From Pseudomonadales bacterium (GTDB taxonomy: Bacteria; Pseudomonadota; Gammaproteobacteria; Pseudomonadales; IMCC2047), in assembly GCA_965230515.1 (NCBI GenBank), contig OZ246007.1:391337-455336 (forward strand): a stretch of 64,000 nt of DNA, given 5' to 3'. This document shows positions 50,553-59,303 of the stretch, in pieces. How positions within the stretch are numbered: position 1 is the first letter of the stretch; every line of letters begins with the position of its first letter. A program made the position numbers and the translations under genes. The notes below the pieces were generated by a model. That model saw only the letters and a list, made by a program, of their open reading frames with translations, was not told the origin of the DNA and searched no databases.

Positions 50553-52880
50553 TTAGTCTGACTTTGGTTTATCCTCAGGGTCTATTTTAAGATCTTCATC
50601 ATCCAATTCAATTTCTACTTCTATATCATCATAATTAGTGGGACTCTCAGATACCTGAGCGTCTGTAGTTGCGTCCATCTGGCGCCACTCCGAAGCCAGC
50701 TCGGTCTCCTCATCCAAGTCTTCGTCCAGCTCGATCTCCACCTCAATCTCATCTGAATGAACATCGAAATCCGGAGCGGGATCTTCTGTGTCCTGGTCGT
50801 TTTCTTCGGCCAAAGGTGCACTATCTGAAGATTGCTGCTCCTCAGCACCCGGATCAAGCTCAAACTCAACCTCAAAGCCCTCATCAATTTCAGCTTCTTC
50901 TTCAGGTTCAGCTTCTTCTTCAGGTTCAGCTTCTTCTTCAGGTTCAGCTTCTTCTTCAGGTTCAGCTTCTTCTTCAGGTTCAGCGTCCTCTTCAGGTTCA
51001 GCTTCTTCTTCAGGTTCAGCTTCTTCTTCAGGTTCAGCGTCCTCTTCTGGTTCAGCTTCCTCTTCAGACTCCTGCGGTGCGACTATGTCAGTAAGTTCCG
51101 GAGCTGCCGGCTTATCTTTTCCGAATGACCGATTGCGAGCAACGTAAAAAAGTACCGCACCAGCGGCAATCAGGCCAGCCGCAGCCACCAACCAGATAAG
51201 CCAGGGCGATATGCTCGAGCCACTCCTTTCATTCCCCCTTTCCATGAGGACCGCCTCTGGAGCTTCTGCGACAAGTGACTTGCCATTAACTTCAGCTGCT
51301 GCATCCGGATTAATTTCTGATTCTGCCGGTTGAGCTACTTGCTGATCCGGCACTCGATTCACTTCTATCAAGAGGGGTTTTGGTTTAAAGTTTATTTCCC
51401 GGCCGCTGGTCGAGATACCTTTAAAATCCAGATCAACTGTAAATTCGCTGCTCTTGCCATCATCCTCAACAACCAGCTCCCAAAAACCCTCCTGATTAAG
51501 ATTAATCGTCCTGACCTTCCACTCTCCCATTGCATCTGTGATGGTTGCAATAACCGTGGACTGTGTTAAATCAAGACCCTTATCTTTGGGTAAAATAGTT
51601 AATAGATAGTCACGCATGTTACCGCGTGTTTGCACTGCAACATCCAACGCCAATAAGTCATGGACCTGAAATATTCGCTCACTTATTCGGGTATAGTCAA
51701 CCGCTTCCGCTGCCCCCTTCAAATGGTAGATTCCGGGCTCTCTAAAGCCATTAATCTGCCCGGGGAAACGCAAAGTGCCGGTCGTTTCCGGCGTCAGCTC
51801 TTTGATAAAATTATCCAGTCCGGCAATCTCTGCCGTCACTCTTGTCGACTCAGAAAGATTGGCACTGTGATCAGCAGTTCCACCCATGATTTGCGCAGCA
51901 AGCTCAATATTCTGACCGGAAAAATAATGATCATTCACCTGATCCAACGCCAGCACAATATCGCTTTGCAAATAGATGCGGCTGTTATTGTCGACATCCC
52001 CGTTTATCGACCACTGGCCAAGTTGTGGTTCCGCTATAGTTATCAGCGTAAAGCGTTCTCCCTGAGTCCAATCAACTGCGCCTGTTGCTGAAGCGGATGT
52101 TATCTGGTCCCCATTGGGCGCCTGCAGTATCACATCGCTCTCTTTACGATGTAGCAGCAATGCGCTTATTTGAGTAACACTATTATCGACCGCAAATTGT
52201 TGGTCAACAAGAGGCAAACTGTTGGCTGGTTTTATCCACTGCGCCAACATCTGGGTATACCGGTAAATGTCCAGCGAACTCTCCATCACAAAAGAAAACC
52301 CGCCGGTTTCTTTTGCCAGATCAGCCAAAAGGCTGTTGTCCGTATTCGGATTGAGCGCAATGGTGTGTATTTTGTATCCGGCAGCCCTGAGTCTGGGCAG
52401 TAGCTGTGTACGCAACCGCTCCTCTGCAAGTTGATTCTCAGACGCTACCTCCGAGCTTAGCATGCCACCACTACTGATAAGCAGCAGTACTTTTTGATAG
52501 CCTTTTACAGGCTTGGCCAGGTCATAGGCTGCCTTGCCAAGAGCCGCCTCAATATTGCGGTTTACAGCGACCGAGCGAATACGTTCGATCTGTGCAACAG
52601 CGTTTTTGCGCCAAAATGTTGAAACCGGCCCCTGCTTGACCAGATAGTTGACATACTTTCCGTAGGTCCAGATTCCGGCACGGCTGTTTTCTGGCAGCTG
52701 TTCAACCAACATTCTTAATGCATCGAGATGTTGATTATCTGGCAAACTGGTGCGCACGGAGGTGGATATATCGACCAGTATACGAAGGTCAACGGGTTGT
52801 TTTACGGTTTCACTAGCCACTGCAGTGTGCATAAAAAAGCAACACACAACAATGAGTATTCGGTTCATTCGCTTAGGCAT
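50553..52880 (-). CDS. Exported VWA-domain protein with a single TM helix and a hyper-acidic repetitive cytoplasmic tail
   Basis: A signal peptide is followed by a MIDAS motif (DISTS in LRILVDISTSV), ~330 aa of beta-rich region, a TM helix (WLIWLVAAAGLIAAGAVLFYVA), then (EEAEPE)x10 and two IEVEIELD units. Confidence 0.75.
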   Translation of the reverse strand: MPKRMNRILIVVCCFFMHTAVASETVKQPVDLRILVDISTSVRTSLPDNQHLDALRMLVEQLPENSRAGIWTYGKYVNYLVKQGPVSTFWRKNAVAQIERIRSVAVNRNIEAALGKAAYDLAKPVKGYQKVLLLISSGGMLSSEVASENQLAEERLRTQLLPRLRAAGYKIHTIALNPNTDNSLLADLAKETGGFSFVMESSLDIYRYTQMLAQWIKPANSLPLVDQQFAVDNSVTQISALLLHRKESDVILQAPNGDQITSASATGAVDWTQGERFTLITIAEPQLGQWSINGDVDNNSRIYLQSDIVLALDQVNDHYFSGQNIELAAQIMGGTADHSANLSESTRVTAEIAGLDNFIKELTPETTGTLRFPGQINGFREPGIYHLKGAAEAVDYTRISERIFQVHDLLALDVAVQTRGNMRDYLLTILPKDKGLDLTQSTVIATITDAMGEWKVRTINLNQEGFWELVVEDDGKSSEFTVDLDFKGISTSGREINFKPKPLLIEVNRVPDQQVAQPAESEINPDAAAEVNGKSLVAEAPEAVLMERGNERSGSSISPWLIWLVAAAGLIAAGAVLFYVARNRSFGKDKPAAPELTDIVAPQESEEEAEPEEDAEPEEEAEPEEEAEPEEDAEPEEEAEPEEEAEPEEEAEPEEEAEPEEEAEIDEGFEVEFELDPGAEEQQSSDSAPLAEENDQDTEDPAPDFDVHSDEIEVEIELDEDLDEETELASEWRQMDATTDAQVSESPTNYDDIEVEIELDDEDLKIDPEDKPKSD
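50889..51068. repeat. 18-bp tandem repeat, 10 units, in frame within the VWA gene
   Basis: The unit on the plus strand is ttcagcttcttcttcagg. Units 6 and 9 carry gcgtcc (EDAEPE) and unit 10 is degenerate. It encodes EEAEPE hexapeptides on the minus strand. Confidence 0.95.
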
Positions 52881-52970
52881 GATTTATGTTATTTATTATC
52901 TGTTTAAAGAGCCGCTGGTCTTGATTCTTATTAAAACTCTACACTACCCGCAGGCTGTCGCGTCATTTGT

Positions 52971-53336
52971 TTAATCGAGTGTGTTATTACGATCTTCACT
53001 ACTAGAGTTTAATCCTTTCTTTCCAACAATCCAGTAACAGGGTATTAATAACATAATAAATAATAATATTGCAGCCAGCATCGGGAAAAGGCCGCGCAGG
53101 TCATTGGTGCCGGAACCAAAAAGCAAATCGTGCACCAGAATGATAAAGGCAGGCGCCAGTTCACCACTTTCTGTTGTGGCAAACCAGGGTGTAAACAGCG
53201 TAAAAAATACCACTCCAAGCAGCAGATCACGCAGCATACGGGGTCTGGCTTTTCTAACCATTCGCCACCAAAGGTACAGCGTACCGCTGGCGCCCAGGAT
53301 ATAAGCACCCCAAAGAAAATAGTAGAACCCTTTCAT
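52971..53336 (-). CDS. Small integral membrane protein, unknown function
   Basis: It has three or four predicted TM helices. Its start overlaps the stop of the upstream DUF4389-like gene. Confidence 0.45.
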   Translation of the reverse strand: MKGFYYFLWGAYILGASGTLYLWWRMVRKARPRMLRDLLLGVVFFTLFTPWFATTESGELAPAFIILVHDLLFGSGTNDLRGLFPMLAAILLFIMLLIPCYWIVGKKGLNSSSEDRNNTLD

Positions 53337-53677
53337 TAGGAGCCTGTAGTGGGCGGGTCCTGCTCGTCCGATTCCTGAGCGATTGGTTGATCGGGGGTGA
53401 CATCAGGTTCAGGCCATTCAGCAAAAGGGAAAGGTTTTGATTCGTTGTTATAGGTAATGTAATCCACAATTTCCCGTGCATATTTACCAAGACTTGAGCC
53501 AAAACGACGTAGATTCTGATTGTTGTTTCCTGTGACGATTGAAAAAAGGAATTGCAGGACCGCCACAAAAATCACAACCATTTCAGCAATTTCATAGACA
53601 ACAAAATAAAGCAGCATAAAGAGCCCGCGCAGCCATTGCGTTTCGGACTTTACATTTTTGCTCATATCATTCATCAC
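53336..53677 (-). CDS. DUF4389-like membrane protein
   Basis: It shows the pattern WLRGLFMLLYFVVYEIAEMVVIFVAVLQFLFSIVTG...RRFGSSLGKY...PFPFAEWP. It has a 4-nt overlap with gpsA. Confidence 0.5.
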   Translation of the reverse strand: MMNDMSKNVKSETQWLRGLFMLLYFVVYEIAEMVVIFVAVLQFLFSIVTGNNNQNLRRFGSSLGKYAREIVDYITYNNESKPFPFAEWPEPDVTPDQPIAQESDEQDPPTTGS

Positions 53678-54714
53678 ATTTCACCTTTGGATGAGGAGTC
53701 ACGAGGCAGCATAAATTCAACGTCGCTATTTTGAGCGCTGAGCATCAACTTCTTAATCGCTGTCGCAATCTCAAGATCATTAAAAATAACTTCATAAAGT
53801 ACATTAGCCAATGGCATGTAGATACCCTTTTTGTCGGCTTCCTGCTTAACCAGTTTCAATGTGTTAACACCCTCGGCAACTTCCCCCAATTCAGCAACGA
53901 CCTGGTCCAGGGATTCCCCTTTTCCTAACGCATAGCCCACTCTGAAATTGCGGCTAAGTGGAGACATGCAGGTGACGATCAGATCTCCAACACCGGACAA
54001 GCCGATAAAGGTAAGGGGATTAGAGCCCATGGAAACTGCAAACCGACTCATCTCGGCGAGACTTCGAGTAATTAGCATGCTTCTCGTGTTCTCACCCATT
54101 TCAAGCGCTGCTGCCAAACCTGAAATGATAGCGTAGATATTTTTCAGAGCTCCGCCCAGTTCAACACCAAACATATCATTGCTGCTGTAGACACGAAAAT
54201 ACTCGTTCGCCAATATGCGCTGGATAACTTCTCTGACCTCTTCATGCTCGCTGGCAATCACTGTAGCGGTCAACACATGATTGGCAATCTCCTTCGCCAG
54301 ATTGGGACCACTGAGTACACCGATCTTTTTATTGGCAGTATCTGAACTGAGTATCTGGCTCATCAGTTTAAAGCCATCCGCCTCAAAACCTTTGGTGGTA
54401 CTGACCAGAATTTGATCCGGGGTTAAAAAGGAGGCCATATTCCGTACTACGGATCTAAAACCACTGCTGGGGATTGAAACCAGAATAACCGGACTGCCTG
54501 ACACTGCCTGTTGCAGATCAGTTGTCGCTGATACGCCCTTATGCAATGGGTATCCTGGCACGTAGCGTTTATTTTCACGCTGGAGGTTAATTGTTTCGGC
54601 AAGATCAGCATCCCGCAGCCAGAGAGCCACGTTAAATCCGTTCTCGGCCGCAATATTGGCCAATACCGTGCCAAAACTACCACCCCCCAATACCGTAATA
54701 TCCTTTTGATGCAC
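53674..54714 (-). CDS. gpsA: NAD(P)H-dependent glycerol-3-phosphate dehydrogenase
   Basis: It has the NAD fold ITVLGGGSFGTVLA and the GALKNIYAI and GLSGVGDLIVTC motifs. Confidence 0.93.
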   Translation of the reverse strand: MHQKDITVLGGGSFGTVLANIAAENGFNVALWLRDADLAETINLQRENKRYVPGYPLHKGVSATTDLQQAVSGSPVILVSIPSSGFRSVVRNMASFLTPDQILVSTTKGFEADGFKLMSQILSSDTANKKIGVLSGPNLAKEIANHVLTATVIASEHEEVREVIQRILANEYFRVYSSNDMFGVELGGALKNIYAIISGLAAALEMGENTRSMLITRSLAEMSRFAVSMGSNPLTFIGLSGVGDLIVTCMSPLSRNFRVGYALGKGESLDQVVAELGEVAEGVNTLKLVKQEADKKGIYMPLANVLYEVIFNDLEIATAIKKLMLSAQNSDVEFMLPRDSSSKGEM

Positions 54715-55083
54715 GCTGCTAATTTCTCCTGGCTTACCGTTGTGAGTTTATTTTTGCCGTATTTATTGTGTTATTGGAATCGTGCCGCTTACATGTTTAT
54801 GTATGATTCATACGCTTGCTAAGCCGGCCCATTTGAATCGAATATTACCGAAAATTAATAAGTTATGGTAATTTCATCATTAAAAGTCTAAAATCGTGCT
54901 CTATTCTAATTTAATTGGGCCGGTTTAGCGAAAAGCAATCAGATTTTTCGGCCATCTTGAAAAAAATTAGAGCGTTAAAGAGTAGTAAAAAAACAGGAAA
55001 GCGATACTGGCCGGTCACTACTGACAGGGATGGTGATTATTGCTTTTTATAAACGACTTTAACTCGACAAAGATCAATCCAAT

Positions 55084-55785
55084 ATGAGAGTGATCCAAAA
55101 TAATAAGGCGCACCGAGTACTGATCCTGAATGCCAAGGGGGGCTGCGGAAAGACCACCGTGGCAACAAATCTGGCTTGCCAGTTTGCCAGTGAAAACCAG
55201 CAAACAGCTCTCATTGATTATGATCCACAGGGTTCCAGCACCTATTGGCTGCAGGCCCGGCCACCTCATGTGCCTCCAATACATTGCGTATCTGCATTCC
55301 TTAAAAATGGGCAGGTCACTCGAACCTGGCAACTAAGGGTGCCACATGGAACGACGAGAGTTATCGTAGATACACCGGCAAGGCTTGACACCATTACAGC
55401 ATCCAAGTTGATTCGTGAAGCCGATACCATATTAATACCGGTGCTGGCGTCTGCAATTGACATCAGAGCCGCAACCCAGTTTTTACAGGACCTTATGAAG
55501 GATTCGGAGTTCAGGCGACTGGATAGACGTATGGCAGTACTTGGCAACCGGGTAAGAAAGAATACTCAGGCCTATGCAAAACTGAGAGCATTTCTGGAGC
55601 AGCTCGACATCCCCTTCATCACCAGTCTTAGAGACACCCAAAACTACGTGCGCGCTGCGGAAGAAGGCCTGGGTGTGCAAGAGTTATCGCTTAAAAGCGC
55701 AGAGAAAGACTCTGTTCATTGGCACTCCCTGGTGCGTTGGATCGAGGGTGACCAGGACAGTGCGCTCCATCAATCTGCCTCATAG
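55084..55785 (+). CDS. ParA/MinD-family P-loop ATPase (orphan)
   Basis: It has the deviant Walker A motif LNAKGGCGKTT plus IDYDPQGS and VIVDTPA. No parB-like gene is adjacent. Confidence 0.8.
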   Translation: MRVIQNNKAHRVLILNAKGGCGKTTVATNLACQFASENQQTALIDYDPQGSSTYWLQARPPHVPPIHCVSAFLKNGQVTRTWQLRVPHGTTRVIVDTPARLDTITASKLIREADTILIPVLASAIDIRAATQFLQDLMKDSEFRRLDRRMAVLGNRVRKNTQAYAKLRAFLEQLDIPFITSLRDTQNYVRAAEEGLGVQELSLKSAEKDSVHWHSLVRWIEGDQDSALHQSAS

Positions 55786-55850
55786 CAGTAACAGTATCAG
55801 TCAAGACTACAGGCCAAATAGACTTAAAACCCGGTATCATACCCATAACA

Positions 55851-55881
55851 AAAACCCAGGGACCAGCCCTGGATTTTTTTT
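55851..55881. terminator. Bidirectional terminator between the ParA-like gene and amtB
   Basis: aaaaCCCAGGG-acca-(g)CCCTGGa is followed by T8 and preceded by an A-run. Confidence 0.7.
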
Positions 55882-55917
55882 GATCATCGCGACCAGGAAA
55901 TACCTCTTTATGCAATT

Positions 55918-57222
55918 TTAGAGGTCATATCCCCTTTCATTGTGTAACACCAGATCCAACCCTTCGGTTTCCTCTTCAACGCTCACACGCAAACTCATAA
56001 ACAATGACATCAATTTGAGAATGACAAAGGTCACAATGGCTGTATAAACCAGTGTCGAAATCACGCCGATGGCCTGTACACCAAGCTGCGAACCCATTGA
56101 CATACCTTCAGCATAACCTTTACCTGAAAATACTCCTAACTGGCTGGATGCAAATATTCCGGCAAACAAGGTACCGAGAATACCCCCTACACCGTGGACC
56201 GGGAATACATCCAGAGAATCATCAATTTTCAGTACGCGCTTGATCCATATGGTAGCAAAGAAACAGACCAGCCCCGCGACCACGCCAATAACCAATGCGC
56301 CTCCAGGACCAACATATCCGGATGCGGGTGTAATCGTACCCAGGCCTGCCACCATGCCGGTTACAATACCCAAGGCACTGGGCTTTTCGAACCTGATCCA
56401 CTCTGCAAACATCCAGGTAAGTGCACCTGCAGAGGCTGAAATATGAGTGACCAGAATAGCCATTCCGGCATCACCATTCGCGGCTAATGCACTTCCGCCA
56501 TTAAAGCCAAACCAACCAACCCAGAGCATACCGGCACCCATAACCGTCATTGTCATATTGTGAGGAGGCATTGCCTGAGTGGGGAAGCCATTACGGTTAC
56601 CTAGCACCATAGCAGTAACAATGGCGGCGACTCCAGCTGTGATATGAACCACGGTGCCGCCGGCAAAATCAAGCAGTCCCATTTGGCCTAACCAACCGCC
56701 ACCCCAAACCCAATGGGTCACGGGTGCATACACAAGAACGAGCCAAAGCACAGAAAAAACAAGAACTGCAGAAAAACGCATCCGCTCTGCAAAGCCACCA
56801 ACAATCAATGCCGGTGTGATGATTGCGAAGGTCAATTGGAACATGGAGAAAACGGGTTCCGGAATATCACCGGTCATGGAACTACTGGATATGCCTGAAA
56901 AGAACCACTTATCAAAGCCGCCAATAAGCGCGTTACCCTCACCGAAGGCCAAGCCATAAACACCGATTAGCCAAAGTATAGAAACAATACAGGTGATGGC
57001 AAAACACTGCATCAACACGCTCAGTACGTTCTTGGCCCGAACCAGTCCACCGTAGAACATCGACAACCCGGGGATGGTCATAAAAAGTACCAGCGCGGTA
57101 GAGGTCAATATCCAGGCACTATTGCCCGTGTCCAATTGCGCGGTTGAGTCAGCCAATGATGATCCTGAAGCAAGCAACCCTCCCCCAATAACCGCGAGGC
57201 GCGAAAGATAACCGTTTTTCAT
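55918..57222 (-). CDS. amtB: Ammonium transporter
   Basis: It has a signal/TM1 region, the Amt signature DFAGGTVVHITAG, twin-His regions and the 11-TM profile. Confidence 0.93.
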   Translation of the reverse strand: MKNGYLSRLAVIGGGLLASGSSLADSTAQLDTGNSAWILTSTALVLFMTIPGLSMFYGGLVRAKNVLSVLMQCFAITCIVSILWLIGVYGLAFGEGNALIGGFDKWFFSGISSSSMTGDIPEPVFSMFQLTFAIITPALIVGGFAERMRFSAVLVFSVLWLVLVYAPVTHWVWGGGWLGQMGLLDFAGGTVVHITAGVAAIVTAMVLGNRNGFPTQAMPPHNMTMTVMGAGMLWVGWFGFNGGSALAANGDAGMAILVTHISASAGALTWMFAEWIRFEKPSALGIVTGMVAGLGTITPASGYVGPGGALVIGVVAGLVCFFATIWIKRVLKIDDSLDVFPVHGVGGILGTLFAGIFASSQLGVFSGKGYAEGMSMGSQLGVQAIGVISTLVYTAIVTFVILKLMSLFMSLRVSVEEETEGLDLVLHNERGYDL

Positions 57223-57520
57223 TTTTAAATACTCTTTTTTGGAATCTCTTCAGTCGACATTCGACGATGCCTTGCTGAAATATTTGAAACGAAATAGTCG
57301 ATATTATGTTAAGGCGCCCATAGTAACAAAGTTTAGAGCACAACTTAATCATCGGTAATCAAAAGCCGCCTGTTTTTACGAACTGGAGCTCCAAAAAGCT
57401 TCAAATTGACCCGGTGGCACCTTCAAGCGTTACTCGGCATCACTAGTGGCTGGCCAGTAGCCAATGAAACGCTTATACTTTGCCGCCTAAAACTCAGCCT
57501 GTCAGGATCTATTTTTAATT

Positions 57521-58012
57521 ATGTCGAACACTCAAGCGATTTCACTACAGCCACAACAGCTTTTAACTCTTGCAACTCAGGTATTATACAAATGCTTCTT
57601 TGAAGCAAACCGTGAACAATCCAAACAGATCTACAATGAGATTGAAAAGGGTAAACAAACGACACTGTTTAGCATGGATATGGGGCAAGCCGGACAAATG
57701 CAGGGTGATTTGGCGCTCGATCATAGCGAGTTTAAAGGCAAGCTAAACTACAGCCAGTTTCGTGCTGCACTGGGCGGTATGATCAACCACATCTCTGAAA
57801 AAGCGAAAAATAAAGAGGAAACTGATACTTTTACCAATCAGCAAACAGGAGAGTTACTTTTCCATGCGCCCGGCTTTGTAGAAGAAAAGGGACAACTTAA
57901 TGTGCTGCTATTGTCGGTTGTACAACCTGGCCGCGGCTCAATGGTATTTCGCCTGATGTTTGTTGATCCGGACCAGTATGTACAAAAAGGCACAGAGCAG
58001 GAAGGTTCATAG
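57521..58012 (+). CDS. Hypothetical protein
   Basis: This is a 163-aa ORF with ordinary composition, followed by a terminator-like hairpin. I recognise no family. Confidence 0.4.
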   Translation: MSNTQAISLQPQQLLTLATQVLYKCFFEANREQSKQIYNEIEKGKQTTLFSMDMGQAGQMQGDLALDHSEFKGKLNYSQFRAALGGMINHISEKAKNKEETDTFTNQQTGELLFHAPGFVEEKGQLNVLLLSVVQPGRGSMVFRLMFVDPDQYVQKGTEQEGS

Positions 58013-58014
58013 CG

Positions 58015-58041
58015 AACAATAACAATGGGTTATGGTTTTTT
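58015..58041 (+). terminator. Putative rho-independent terminator
   Basis: AACAATAAC-aatgg-GTTATGGTT is followed by a T-run. Confidence 0.5.
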
Positions 58042-58875
58042 CTATTTTAAAACATCACCCACGAATATTGTCTCGCCAAGCCCCGCTTCCAACATTGAGT
58101 TTTCTCCGAAATAGGCGCCCTGATAACCGGGCGCCGTATTCATGGACTTGAGTGTGTTCAGCGGCTCCCGTGATTCTTTTTCAACTTCACCCGTTAACTG
58201 ATCGGTCGTAATAACCACGCAGCGCTCGCTGGGATATTTAAGTCCCAGCTTATATCTGCCTTCAACTTCCGCCAAAGTCCTGCTCTGGTATTCAGCAAAA
58301 GCGGGCAGTCCCTTAACAACAATATTGGGTCTAAACCGGTCCATGGCTGCCGGTTCTGCACCGCGTTTCATCAGTTGTTCATTCAATGTCTCGAGAGACG
58401 CTTCATTTGTCATTAAAAATGGCGCCGAATCGGCAAACGCTGTATGGGTATTGTCACCAAGCAATTCGGGTTTGGACTGAGGCCTGCGCACTCGATCATC
58501 CATAGCTACCAACCGTAACGGGTAATTTGAACCAAGTACGCGGGTTAGCCATTCCGAGGCTTCCGCTCCCGTATCCAGAGCGGAGAAACTATCACGCCAT
58601 ACAGTCACCTCAACAGAATCGTTTGTCTGCTGTTGCAACGGTACTCTTAATGCTGGCTGATCTTCGCTACCGATAACCAAATGCTGCTCTGTTAATTGGG
58701 CGGATAGTTGTGCCAATTGTGGTTTTTGTCGTTGGGTCACCATTCGTCCGTTCGGCATCACGATCATCCAGTTCCGGTCGTGACGAAGCCCTGTGGTGGT
58801 CAATTCCGCGCTCTGCACAGAAATACCCCTCAGACCCTTGACGGGATACAGAAACAAACCTGTAATCTCTACCAT
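58042..58875 (-). CDS. MOSC domain protein (YcbX-like, N-terminal beta-barrel plus MOSC)
   Basis: It has LFLYPVKGLRG at the N-terminus and FRPNIVV in the MOSC region. Confidence 0.75.
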   Translation of the reverse strand: MVEITGLFLYPVKGLRGISVQSAELTTTGLRHDRNWMIVMPNGRMVTQRQKPQLAQLSAQLTEQHLVIGSEDQPALRVPLQQQTNDSVEVTVWRDSFSALDTGAEASEWLTRVLGSNYPLRLVAMDDRVRRPQSKPELLGDNTHTAFADSAPFLMTNEASLETLNEQLMKRGAEPAAMDRFRPNIVVKGLPAFAEYQSRTLAEVEGRYKLGLKYPSERCVVITTDQLTGEVEKESREPLNTLKSMNTAPGYQGAYFGENSMLEAGLGETIFVGDVLK

Positions 58876-58901
58876 ATCCTTATAATCCTCAATCGGGGGA
58901 G

Positions 58902-59210
58902 TTACGACTTTGCGTCAGATTGACCGGAATCCTCAAACTGTTTCAGCTTGGCCGGGTCAGCAGGTGTTTGATATTTTTCTTTCCAATCATCATAGGGCAT
59001 GCCGTACACAAACTCTCTTGCGGCATCATAATCAATAGCAACACCCCGCTCTTTAGCCGCAGCCATATACCATTTGCTCAAACAGTTGCGACAAAAACCC
59101 GCCAGGTTCATCAGATCAATGTTCTGTACATCTTTGCGCTCATCCAAATGTTGTAGCAGTTGCCTGAAAGCAGCAGCTTCCAATTCTGTTTGTATCTGTT
59201 TATCCATCAA
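58902..59210 (-). CDS. DUF1244 family protein
   Basis: It shows the pattern ELEAAAFRQLLQHL...DVQNIDLMNLAGFCRNCLSKW. Confidence 0.6.
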   Translation of the reverse strand: MMDKQIQTELEAAAFRQLLQHLDERKDVQNIDLMNLAGFCRNCLSKWYMAAAKERGVAIDYDAAREFVYGMPYDDWKEKYQTPADPAKLKQFEDSGQSDAKS

Positions 59211-59303
59211 ACCAATCCTCGCTATATAATCCAGGGTCGACCATCGGCAATTACCTGAGTGGCGCTTACCTTGGCATTATTGTTTTATCTGTGACCAGCC
59301 TCT

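Noticed and set aside
50889-51068. Possible CRISPR array
   Set aside because: The 18-bp units are contiguous with no spacers, and they lie in frame inside a coding sequence. This is a coding tandem repeat.
50669-51147. Three overlapping plus-strand low-complexity ORFs (poly-SSG, poly-LLQV, poly-FRFSFFF)
   Set aside because: They are artefacts of reading the 18-bp tandem repeat in the antisense frames. The minus-strand frame is continuous with a VWA protein.
57415-57429. Sigma-54-like TGGCAC element upstream of the 163-aa hypothetical gene
   Set aside because: The downstream GC dinucleotide is one base out of register and TTGC is absent (TGGCACcttcaAGCG). I judge it insufficient.
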